A DNA stretch of 64,000 bases from Malacoraja senta (Eukaryota), in assembly GCA_038087875.1 (NCBI GenBank), contig CM075978.1:174964001-175028000 (forward strand). The letters run 5' to 3'. The position numbers and the translations under genes were made by a program. Position 1 is the stretch's first letter, and the number at the start of each line of letters is the position of its first letter. Below, piece after piece: positions 26,266-37,498 of this stretch. A model generated the notes under the pieces. The model saw only the letters and a list, made by a program, of their open reading frames with translations. It searched no databases and was not told the DNA's origin.

Positions 26266-26824
26266 GTAAGAAATTAGTTGATTCTTGTCCGAAATTAGCG
26301 ACACAAGGAACTGCAGATGCAAAACGCAAAGTGCTTGAGTAACTCAGCGGGTTGGCAGCATCTGGGGATACAATGGCAATGTTCAGTTGAAGGAGCAACG
26401 AGGAGTGCTGAGATAACGATAGATTTAAACAACTTGGCATTTCCCCGACCGCAGCATTCTGTGGGAAACAAATTTTTAACCGGTTTAAGCCGTTGGTTGC
26501 AAAAGCATAGTTGTCGTTTGTTCTAAAAGAAGGCTCTTTTAAACACTGGGTGAAATGCTGCAAAGGTCGGGTTGTTTAAATAGGGACAGTTATCACAGGA
26601 AAGCGGAAGCAAACCATAGGTTTTCAACTTTTCCGTGTGCTTTTCCTTAGCATTATGACTAACGAGGAGAGGATTTGTTCAAATAACAAGAATAGCATGA
26701 CGGCAATGGTCAATTTCTGCAGCCGAACAAATCTGGTCACAACTCGATTATTAACTGACTATCGGCAGGCAGGTTGTGATACGTTGATGATTAAATTTGG
26801 TCGTTTTATTATGTTCTCTACTAG

Positions 26825-26868
26825 CCCCAGAATATATTGAGGACAGAACTCACCACTTCGAAAAACAG
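26825..26868 (+). CDS. Gene A exon 5: cytoplasmic spacer
   Basis: APEYIEDRTHHFEKQ; 44 nt, phase 1-0, donor CAG|gtaatt. An in-frame alternative acceptor gives a start at 26831. The 44-nt form equals the length of the matching exon in gene B. Confidence 0.72.
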
Positions 26869-27167
26869 GTAATTTTGTTGATGGTATAACAAGATATAAC
26901 CTATTGTATCCTGTTCTGCTAATGGACGTCCGTAATTATAATCACATTGATGGGACAACAGGATGGATCCACTTTTCATGGAACTCTCTACGTGCCTCGT
27001 TTGCAATTTTCCTTATCCTTCCGTATTCTTATGATATAGCCCATGATCGTCAGTGACGTGCACTTGCGTATCGTTCAGTTCAGTTTTATTTGTCATATGT
27101 AGGTTAACACAGGGTCAACAGTACAATGAAATGTGTTTGACAAGACAACGGGCCACCTCAGCAATAA

Positions 27168-27990
27168 TTTGATTTGATTTGATTTGATTTAATTTATTGT
27201 CATTGTCTTCAATTAAGAGACAACGAAATTCTCTTTCCCTTACAGTCATACAAAAAAAACACAAAAAAACCACACACACACAGAACACAGTAGTCCACAA
27301 CACAAACATCCCCACAGCGGCACCAAAGTTCCCCACTGTGAGGGGAGGAACCAAAGTCCAGTCAACCTCCTCACTGATGTTCCCCAATGTTCGGGGGGCT
27401 CCCGAGCACCCCGTAGTCGCCGCTACGGGCGGCCTGATTTTCAGGCCCTCTCGCCGGGAATGATGTAACCCCGACGTCGAACGCGAGAACATCCTCAGTG
27501 ATCTGGACCTCTGAATCGGCCACCTTCCACCGTAGTCCGCGGCTCCCGATGTCCACAGGCCGCGCTGGGCGTAGATTTGCGCTGGCGACCCCCGGCAAAG
27601 GGTCCCCGGACTCCGCGATGTTAAAGTCAGCGCCGCCCGCGTTGGGAGCTCCGCACCCACAGCTCCGCGATGTTGGAGCAGCGGCCCAATACTCCTGAGC
27701 TCCAAGCGGCGATCCCAGGTTCTGGTCCGTTCCCGGCAGGAAAGGCCGCGCCAATCCAGTTGGTAGGCCGCGAGAGGGGGTGGGCGAGGACGCGACTCGG
27801 ATAATATCCACATCCTCGCCAGGAAGCGACTGAAGAACGGTTTCCCTTTTACCGTACCCGCTGCCCCCCACATAAAATACCGAAAAAACCCAAATAACAC
27901 ACTCTAAACATAACAACAAAAAAAAGACAACCAGACCGTGGGCGGAGGCAGCCAGTAACAACGCCACCGGATGTCCAGGTGTCCATGATA
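27168..27990 (-). mobile_element. GC-rich non-autonomous retroposon with Rex1-type 3' tail
   Basis: Minus-strand tail AATTTCGTT...AATGACAATAAA-(TCAAA)n shared with the elements at 35713, 50655 and 62238. Confidence 0.6.
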
Positions 27991-28089
27991 TTACAAGGAT
28001 AAAATTAAGATTAAAAAGATAAGATAAAAGTGACATTGGTAGGACATTGGTAGATAATAAATAAAATAATCAACATATATGATGTGTTT

Positions 28090-28420
28090 ATGAGTTCAGA
28101 AGCCTGATGGCATGATGATAAAAACCGTTCTTAAGTCTGGTGGTACGTGCACCCATGCTCCTGTATCGTCTGCGGAAAATATCCGGGGGACAGTTGCCAG
28201 TGATGTGCTGAGCTGCCTTCACCGCTCTCTGTAGTGATTTGCGGCTGTGGGCAGAACAGTTCCCGTACCAGACTGTGATGCAGCCCGTCAGCAGACTCTG
28301 GATGGTGCAACTGTAGATGTTTGTGAGGATGCTGGCGATCATGCCAAACTTCCCCAATCTTCTCAGGAAAAAGAGCCGCTGGTATCCTAAACAGTTATGT
28401 CTAATCCGTCTGTGTCGAGC
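28090..28420 (-). mobile_element. Rex1/Babar LINE C-terminal fragment
   Basis: QRLFFLRRLGKF, CITVWYGN, RLKNGFY. Confidence 0.75.
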
Positions 28421-28846
28421 GGATTGTTCACTTTGTGAAGCATCATAACCGAGGCCCATCCTGTTCCAATTCAAAATTCACCCCTTATATTTTTTGCGGC
28501 GTAGCTCGTACTGATATATGACGGAAAATCTGCTGACATGTCTGAGCCCAGAAATCGCGTCAACTATATATTGTCCTCGAAGTCATCATCCAACAAACTT
28601 CCGGTCAGTGTTCTGCCCATTGGTTTCACGATTTTAGCTAATAGTTCACTAATTATTCAGGAAACTCAAACCAATTAGATACTAGTTGCTTCCGTTTACT
28701 TTTTTTAGTAATCTCATCATAGGGATGAGGCCAGAAATAGTAATGGAATGACTGGTCGTGCAGACCCAGCTTCTTTTATGTGTGCCCGTCTTCGCAGTTG
28801 TTTGTAAATGCGGAGTTTATTTCCTTTCAAATAAATGTTCCTTCAG

Positions 28847-28933
28847 TATCCAACGTACGCAGATTTGAACTTCAGCGGACAGAAGAAAACTGAGAAAAAC
28901 AGACGGCGCGAAAAACAAATTACCTATGGCCAG
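28847..28933 (+). CDS. Gene A exon 6: cytoplasmic, Tyr motifs 1 and 2
   Basis: YPTYADLNFSGQKKTEKNRRREKQITYGQ; acceptor ttccttcag|, donor CAG|gtaaaa; phase 0-0. Confidence 0.82.
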
Positions 28934-29028
28934 GTAAAATAAAGCGGAATTGTGCTGCAAGGAAAATTCGTGTACATCGCCCATATAGGCGAATCAGCAA
29001 CTCATGATCGCTAATTATTTTTCGACAG

Positions 29029-29151
29029 GTCAAAGAAATGTCTCAAAATAAACTGACCTATGCAACTCTGGATCTCACCGCTTCTCTGAAAGATCCAAGA
29101 ACGGCGAAAAATAATGAAACAGTGTATGCAGGAATCAGGATTTTTAAGTAG
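29029..29151 (+). CDS. Gene A exon 7 (terminal): ITIM + ITSM
   Basis: VKEMSQNKLTYATLDLTASLKDPRTAKNNETVYAGIRIFK*; acceptor tttttcgacag|; the first Val completes ITYGQV. Confidence 0.85.
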   Translation, partial: VKEMSQNKLTYATLDLTASLKDPRTAKNNETVYAGIRIFK

Positions 29152-29203
29152 CTGCGAAATCAGCAAACGTCCATTCACTCTAAAACCAACAATATTTAAA
29201 TTA

Positions 29204-29209
29204 AATAAA
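29204..29209 (+). terminator. Candidate polyadenylation signal of gene A
   Basis: AATAAA about 50 nt after the stop codon. Confidence 0.55.
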
Positions 29210-29959
29210 CCTGATTACCATTGAGTCAAAGATCGCACACATACATTATCATTTACAAGACAATGCTCAGTGAACAGGGGATTTTAATGAGCGATGATCA
29301 ACTCTGATAAATGTTACCCTTGTTAACGTCAACAGAAAAACGATTAATGATCATAGAATCGTACAATCATGCACAAGAGCTGTTCTGCACAATAAACGAC
29401 TTTCACCGCAAATCCTAGGTAACCGCATAAGATCCTTATCTCTCTAGGTTTTCCCCATCTAAGTGCCTGTGGAAATGCAAGTGATAGGCTGTATTTGTGT
29501 CTGCCTCCACAAACTCCTTGCCAGCTCGTCCATGGTCATGACCGCATGCTGCATACATGTTTATCCTAAGCATACGCTCGTCAGTTAAATAATTCTCCAC
29601 AATATTAAGAAAAAGACTCTGAATATCTATCCTGTCTGTACTCCTCATACTTTAAGAAAACTGAACAGATGCACCGTTGGAAGCATTTTATCGGGATGTA
29701 TCACAGGAATATGGGAATAGCTCCATCCAAGACCGCAAAAAATAACAGAGAATTGTGGACCAGCCCAAACCGTCACGCAAAACCATCTCCCTGCCATTAA
29801 CTCCATCTACACTTCACGCTGCCTCGCAAAGTCACCGGCATAATCAAGACAGGGTCTCAACCCAACAGGGTCTTCTCCCCTCCCCCACCAGGCAAGAGGT
29901 ACAGAAGTATGAAAACGCATACGTCCAGATCTAGTGACAGTTTCTTCCCAGCTGTTACC

Positions 29960-30915
29960 GTGTCATTTGGATGAGAACATACAGGGCATGATTAGCAAAT
30001 TTGCTGATGATAAAAAGGTGAGTGGTTTTGCAGATAGTAAAGATGGTTGTGAAAGACTGCAGCAGGATCTGGATCGATTGACCACGTGGGCTGAGGAATG
30101 GTTGTTGGAATTTAATACGGAGAAGTGGGAGGTGTTGCATTTTGGGACGTCTAACAAGGGCAGGACCTCACAGTAAATGGTTGACCTCTGGGGAGTGTTG
30201 TAGAGCAGATGGATCTAGGAGTGCAGGTGCATGGTTCCTTGAAGGTCGGGTCGCAGGTAGATAAGGTAGTCAAATAAGCTTTTCGCACTTTGGCCTTCAT
30301 CAGTCTGAGTATTGAGCATAGAGAGGTGTGTAAAAAAGGAGCTGCAGATACTGGTTGAAACAGTTTTGTTCAGTTCTGGGCACCATGTTATAGGAAAGAT
30401 ATTGTCCAGCTTGAAAGGGTTCAGAAAAGATTTCCGAGGATATTGCCAGGACTAAAGGGCGTGAGCAATAGGGAGAGGTTGAGTAGGCTGGGTCTCTATT
30501 CCTTGGAGTGCAGGAGGGTGAGGGGTGATCTTATAGAGGTGTACACAATCATGAGAGGAATAGATCGGGTAGATGCACAGAGTCTGTTGCCCAGAGTAGG
30601 GGAATCGAGGACCAGAGTACATAGGTTCAAGGTGAAGGGGAAAAGATTTAATAGGAATCCGAGTTATAACTTTTTCACACAAAAGATGGTGGGTGCATGG
30701 AACAAGCTGCCAGAGGAAGTAGTTGAGGTTGGGGCTATCCCATCGTTTAAGATACAGTTAGACAGGTACATGGATTGAACAGGTTTGGGGGGGGGATATG
30801 GACCAAGCGCAGGCAGATGGGACTTGTGTAGGTGGGACATGTTGGCCGGCATGGGCAAGTTGGGCCGAAGGGCCTGTTTCCACACTGTAGCACTCTATGA
30901 CTCTCTATGACTCTA
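29960..30915 (+). mobile_element. CR1 3' fragment
   Basis: ISKFADDKK...LQQDLDRL; LGLYSLE..R.RGDLIEVY; (ACTCTATG) tail. Confidence 0.85.
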
Positions 30916-32054
30916 TGAGGCAACTAGACGATCCTATCACCAACTAGCGAGCGGTCCTGTGCAATCGTCTACCTCATTGGTGACCCTCGGACTATCTTTA
31001 ATCGGACTGTACTGGACTTGCACTAAACTTTACGCCCCTTATCCTGTATCTGTACACTGTGGGCGGCTTGATTGTAATCATGTAAGTCTTTCCGCTAATT
31101 GAATAGCACGCGACAGAAAAGATGTTCGCTGTACCTCGGTACACGTGACAATAAACTAAATTAAAATAAACTAAACGTTGCACTGCGAATAAACTTATCA
31201 CTCTTAACGTATTTATAACAGAGGTTATGTCTGGTGAATGTCTACCGAATGGCTGCTGCACTCTCCTGATCCCTTTAAACATAGTCATGCACTCGCCAAA
31301 GGTAAATCAGCTAAAGCCAAACAAAGCTGTTAAATAGTCCCAGTTGTACGTTAGCCCTACTGTTCATTGCGTCGACGAAATTGAGTTACCACTAAACTAC
31401 TAAGTTAATGAATTCGGAATGAAATTGCCTCTTTAGATATATGTTGACCAGTTGTCTTTCCACTCGTCCGTTAAAGCGCCCTGTTCCAAGCTGCTGTCAT
31501 ATTCCAAGAGGCATTCGGGTGGGTCTTTAAGTTCCTTCTATAACTGCCAAACTTTAGTTGGAAAAATAGATGTACTCAATGAATGGCAGGTAAAGAGGCA
31601 GTATTACAGATTCACAATTATACAGGCGGAAACAAAAAGATCTTCACACAATGGAGACACAAGAAACTGCACGTGCTGAAACCTTGAGCAAAAAACGGAA
31701 TGGCGGGGGAACTCCGCAGGCCACACAGCTCCTGTCTGCAAACAAAATATCCAATCGGTCCAGTAGAATTATTTAACTTTATTTTCTCATTTTGATATGC
31801 AGCTGAACAATTAACAACCTGTTTTGAATCCGGTCATAACTGTTGTTCTATCATGTAGGGTGTTTGCTATATTGGTTCATCTTTATGGTTTGGTGTCACC
31901 GATATAAAGGGGGGACACACGTGGGGGCAGGGAATTCAGTAGATGAGATTAGATGATGTATCTTTGAGAAAGAAAACATGCTATTTGGCCGATCTTATCC
32001 ATACTGGTCATCAACCAGCTCTCTGTACTTCATCATCCCCGCCATGCTCACCAT

Positions 32055-33020
32055 CAATGATTTAGATGAAGGGACTCAAATAGCATTAGCAAATTTGCAG
32101 ATGACACAAAGCCGGGTGGCAGTGTGAACTGTGAGGAGGATGCTATGAGAATGCAGGGCGACTTGGATTGGTTGGGTGAGTGGGCAGATGCATGGCAGAT
32201 GCAGTTTAATGTGGATAAATGTGAGGTTATCCACATTGCTAGCAAAAACAAGAAGGCAGATTATTATCTAAATTGTGCAAAGTTGGGAAAAGGGGAAGTA
32301 CAACGGGATCTGGTGGTCCTTGTTCATCAGTGACTGAAAGTAAGCATGCATGTACAGCAGGCAAAGAAGAAAGCGAATGGCATGTTGTCCTTCATAACAA
32401 GAGGAGTTGAGTACAGGAGCAAAGATGTCCTTCATCAGTTGTATAGGGCCCTAGTGAGACCACACCTGCAGTATTGTGTGCAGTTTTGGTCCCCTAATTT
32501 GAGGAAGGACAGTTTTGCTATTGAGGGAGTGCAGCATGGGTTTACAAGGTTAATTCCCGGAATGGCGGGATTGTCATATGCTCAGAGAATGAAGCGGCTG
32601 GGGTTGTAAACTCTGGAGTTTAGAAGGATGGGAGGGAATCTTATTGAAACATATAAGATTATTAAGGGTGTGGACACACTAGAGGCAGGAAACATATTCC
32701 TTGTGTTGGGTGAGTCCAGAACCAGGGGCCACAGTTTAAGAATAAGGGTAAGCCATTTAGAACGGAGATGAGGAAACACTTCTTCGCACAGAGTGTTGTG
32801 AGTCTGTGATATTCTCTGCCTCAGAGGGCAGTGGAGGCCGGTTCTCTGGATACTTTCAAGAGAGAGCTAGATAGGGCTCTTAAAGATAGTGGAGTCAGGG
32901 GATATGGGGAGAAAGCAGGAACGGGGTACTGATTGGGGATGATCAGCCATGATCACATTAAATAGCGGTGCTGGCTCGAAGGGCCTAATGGCTTACTCCT
33001 GCACCTATTGTCTATTATCC
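32055..33020 (+). mobile_element. CR1 3' fragment
   Basis: RT C-terminus (RPHLQYCVQFWSP) and CTATTGT tail. Confidence 0.85.
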
Positions 33021-34009
33021 ATTGTCATTTAAAGCATCAACTTTAGGCATTTCCTCAAGATGGTGGCATCTATCGTCCAGGCTCCCAACCATCTGGGACA
33101 TGCCGTCTCCCACCTCTACCATCCTGCAGGAAGCGCAGAGGCCTAAAATCCCACGCCGCCAGGTTCAGGAACATGCACTTTGGTGTACAAACATATGGTT
33201 CTTAACCCTAGTTAGCCTGCTATCCTACTTCTACCTCAACAATAAAACATGATGGCACAACTATAAATTTGTTTTTTTAAAGTGGGTTTTGCATTAATTA
33301 CTTGTTTTCTGCCACGTTTCTTTATTCTTTCCATTGCCCAGCAGAAGTTACGTATAACTTAAGTATAAGTATGTATGTCATGTTGTGTTATGCTGCCTGA
33401 TTCTTGGTGCCGGTGATGCTGCTGCGAGCAAGGTTGTCATTGTACTTGTACCTAGCCATACTTGTGCAAATGACAATAAACGCGAATTCAGTCAATTTGA
33501 CACCATGAAATCTTTCCTCCATTTCAAAGCAGAAGTTAAGTATATGAAAAAAAAAATTCTATTTGTCTGAATGAGTTCCAGTAACTCTTAGGAAACTTGG
33601 CATAATTCTGGAAAAGGCAGGCCATCTCAGTGGCACCAGCCCATCGCCCTACGCACATTTCTTCCAACGCTAGAAGGGCAGTATGGAAACACTACTACCT
33701 GCACGTTCCTGTCAAGGTCACACACCACCCTGACATATGGTATATCATTAGTCCTTCATCTTCATTGGGTCTACATTTCTGGACTGCCTCCCGGAGCAGC
33801 GAGAGATTGTAGCATGTAGATTGCAGAGGTTCAAGTATGCGGCCATTAAGATCTCCTCAATCGCCGTTAGGAATGATCAATAAATACTAGCCTGGCCGAG
33901 GACCATGTAATCCATCCAAAATAATCGAAGCGAAGACAGAGCAAAATAATCAATTTTGGTTGTTCTATCTATATGTTTTCGATTTCAACATATTGTTTGT
34001 AGCCGGGGT

Positions 34010-35710
34010 GGCGGTTGACAAATTGGGAGTATAATGGCGGTGTGGGGGAGGGGGTGTGTGGGGGAGGGGTAACCTTCAAAACCTTCATACCTTTTGTGCT
34101 ATTTCACCGATCGGAACACAACTTATTTATCTTGCAGCAGAGGAGAATGGTGAGAAAGGTGGCGAAAAATCGCAGCGCTATGGGGGATCGTTTTTGCGCA
34201 AATTTAATTACAACGCAGATAGGAAGCGGTCAAGATGATAGTTTCGACCTAATATATAGATTTATAGATAGATATGTCCCTATCGAAATTACAGACAGGT
34301 GGGCAGAGGGGGTGGGATAGCACTGTTGGTAAGGAATGACATTCAGTCACTTGCGAGGGGTTACAGAGAATCAGAAGGTGCAGAGACATTGTGGATAGAA
34401 CTGAGAAATTGTAAGGGTAAAAATACCCTAATGGTAGTTATCTACAGGCCCCCAAACAGTAGCCTGGATATAGGGTTCAAGTTGCATCAGGAGTTAAAAT
34501 TGGCATGTAACAATAGGTAATGCTACGGTGGTTATGGGAGATTTTAACATGCAGGTTGACTGGGAAAATCAGGTTGGCACTCGACCCAAGAAAGTGAATT
34601 TGTAGAGTACCTCCGAGATGGGTTCTTAAAGCAGCTTGAACTGGAGCCTACAAGGGAGAAGGCAATTCTGGATTTAGTGTTGTGTAATGAACCGAATTTG
34701 ATAAAGGAACTCAAGATAAAAGAACCATTACGAGGTAGTGACCATAATAAGATAAGTTTCAATCTGCAATTTGAGAGGGAGATGGTAAAATTGGAAGTGT
34801 CAGTATTGCAGTTGAACAAAGGGGACTATGGAAGCATGAGGGAGGAGCTGGCCGAAGTTGACTGGAAAGGGACCCTAGCAGGGATGACAGTGGAACATCA
34901 ATGGCAGGTATTTCAGGGAATTATCCAGATAATGCAGGATCATTTCATTCCAAAGAGGAAGAACGATTCTAAGGGGAGTAAGAGGCGACCATGCTTGACA
35001 AGGGAAGTCAAGGACAGTATAAAAATAAAAGATAAGACGTATAACATAGTTTAGATGAGCGGAAGGCCAAAGGATTGGAACACTTTTAAAGATCAACGGA
35101 GGTAACTAAAAAGGCAATACTAGGAGAAAAATGAGGTACGAAGGTAAGGTAGCCAAGAATATAAAGGAGGATAGTAAAACAATCTTTAGGTATGTGAAGA
35201 GGAAAAAATTAGTTCAGACAAATGTGGGTCCCTTGAAGACAGAACATGCGAATTTATTATGGGGAACAAAGAAATGGCAGCGAGTTGAACAGGTATTTTG
35301 GTTCTGTCTTCACTAAGGAAGACAGAAACAGTCTCCCGGATGCAATAGGGGACAGAGCACCTACGGTGATGGAGGAACTGAAAGAAATTCACATTAGTCA
35401 GAAAATGGTGTTGGGTAGACTGATGGGACTGAATGCTGATAAATCCCCAGAGCCTGATGATCTGCATCCCAGGGTACCCGAGCAGGTGGCTCTGGAAATT
35501 GTGGACGCATTGGTGATAATTATCCAATGTTTTATAGATTCTGGGTCAGATCCTGTGGATTGAAGGGTAGCTAATGTTATCCCACATTTTAAGAAGGAGG
35601 GAGAGAAAAATCATGGAATTATAGACCTGTTAGCCTGACATCGGTGGTGGGGAAGATCCGGAAGTCGATTACTAAATAGGTAATAGTGGCGCATTTGGAT
35701 AGCAGTGACA
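34010..35710 (+). mobile_element. CR1 APE/linker fragment containing a Helitron-like 5' fragment (about 34075-34280, minus strand)
   Basis: GRGGGIALLV, IYRPPN, LDLVLCNE, SDHN, KSPEPD. The insert resembles the Helitron-like end at about 51960-52020. Confidence 0.75.
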
Positions 35711-35712
35711 GG

Positions 35713-36425
35713 ATAGATAGATAGATAGATTCCTTTATTGTCATTCAGACCTTTCGGTCTGAACGAAATTGTGTTGCCTGCAGTCATACACAGAACCAAC
35801 AATAACAAAACATACAATAAACACAAATTAAACATCCACCACAGTGAGTTCACCAAGCACATCCTCACTGTGATGGAGGCAAAGTCTTAGTCTCCGTCTC
35901 CTCCCTCCTTGTTCTCCCTCTGCGCTGAGGCGATCGATCCAGGCCGAAGATGCCGCCCTCCAGTCCAGCGGACCTCCGTGGTGATGTCGCCGCCGCCGAA
36001 AGCCGGAACGCCGTCTCCGCTCCGAGACGGCCCGCCACAGCATCAGCTCCGGGCCGCCGCCGCAGCTCCAGGCGGCTGCCCCAGCTCCGGGTCCCGCAGT
36101 CTCCGCTCCGGGCCGCCGCCCCAGCTCCAGGCCGCCGTCCCAGCTCCGGGTCCCGCAGCCTCCGCTCCAGGCCGCTGCCCCAGCTCCGGGTCCCGAAGTC
36201 TCCGCTCCAGGCCGCTGCCCCAGATCCGGGTCCCGAAGTCTCCGCTCCAGGCCGCTGCCCCAGCTCCGGGTCCCGTAGTCTCCGCTCCGGACCCCGCTGT
36301 ATCAGCTCCAGGCCGCCGCCGAAAGCCAGAACGCCGCACCAGCAAGTCGGGCCACCGCTGCCTCAGCCCCGAAGATGGCCAGCATCTCGTTGGTACGTCC
36401 TGGCTGGCTCTGCCTCCGCAGCCTC
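35713..36425 (-). mobile_element. GC-rich non-autonomous retroposon with internal 40-bp tandem repeat and (TATC)n tail
   Basis: CAGCTCCGGGTCCCGAAGTCTCCGCTCCAGGCCGCTGCCC units at about 36040-36315; Rex1-type tail. Confidence 0.65.
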
Positions 36426-37498
36426 GTATACAGGTTAAACTATGTAAACGGCGATGAAGAATTCACAGGGGTTGTACGGACACCTTCTTTTACAGTTTGC
36501 GGAAAGCTCTTTGATTGCTAATAAAGGAGTTCAGCGATTAATTACTATCAAGTTATCAGTTCACATAAGCAATCCAATTGCTCCAAATACGGGAGGATTT
36601 AGAAAACAGCGGAATATACTGCATGGTTATTTGGAATATGATATTGGCAAGATAATCGTTTGCGAAATATATTGACAACGAATACCGGGTCCTAATACCC
36701 TATTCTATATTTGAGTATGGTGAATTATCTGTGAAGAATAGCTAATTGTATGAGTTGTGATTATATAAAAATAGCCTGGCAAAGTTTGCTGGGATGCAGG
36801 GAAATCAGTATCTCACTGTTAGTTATTTTTTTATCTTCCTAGATACTCCAATGTACTTGCATAAGACTTTTGATCATTGTAGTCTGAATTGCATTACTTC
36901 CTGGAGACGCGAAACCTCAAGGTAACTGGAGACTCCACAGATATCCAGATGGAATGCAATCAGAAAGCAAAGAGGCCCCGTCCTGCTTTACGTACACGGT
37001 GCTACAAGCTACTGTATATGCAAGGCGGGTGCCACAGTTGAAAGTAATGACCTGGATTAGTAATGGCCTAAAGTAGTTGAAAGTACTGACCTGAATTAGA
37101 GGGTTTATACTATAGTATTGTCACATCCTTGTGTGCTAGTTGTCAATCAATGCCTGAATCCCAATAATCCATGGAAATCCGTATATTAATAGAACAAAGG
37201 AACTCTGGACAGATATGTTTTCTTATATCATGGCATAACCGTTCCCTTAATGAAAGCAAGACAAAGAAGTTATGATCGACATCGGCAAGCGAAGCGGTGC
37301 GCATACCCTGGTATACATTGTTGCTGCTAAAGTAAAGATGGCTGAAAGCTCCAGGTTTTTCGGAATACATATCACCAACAACTTGTCCTGGACCAGCCAC
37401 GTCGATACAACGGCAAAGAAAACACACCGATACCTCTACTCTCTTAGAAGGCTTGGGCAGTTACGCATGTCCCTAACAGCCCTGCTTCAAAAGATGCG

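Noticed and set aside
36040-36315. CRISPR-like periodicity
   Set aside because: Contiguous tandem units without unique spacers in vertebrate DNA; the same applies to 5652-6078.
35909-36457. Pro/Ala-rich 182-aa and 162-aa ORFs
   Set aside because: Products of a GC-rich 40-bp tandem repeat inside a retroposon.
36843-36921. Exon-like segment with good acceptor and donor downstream of gene A
   Set aside because: Gene A already terminates at 29151 with a poly(A) signal, and the translations have no recognisable motif.
37272-37498. N-terminal part of the 770-aa ORF as a genuine L1 or host protein start
   Set aside because: It is Rex1/Babar sequence (FGIHITNNLSW...YSLRRL) lying upstream of the L1 TSD; the in-frame fusion is fortuitous.
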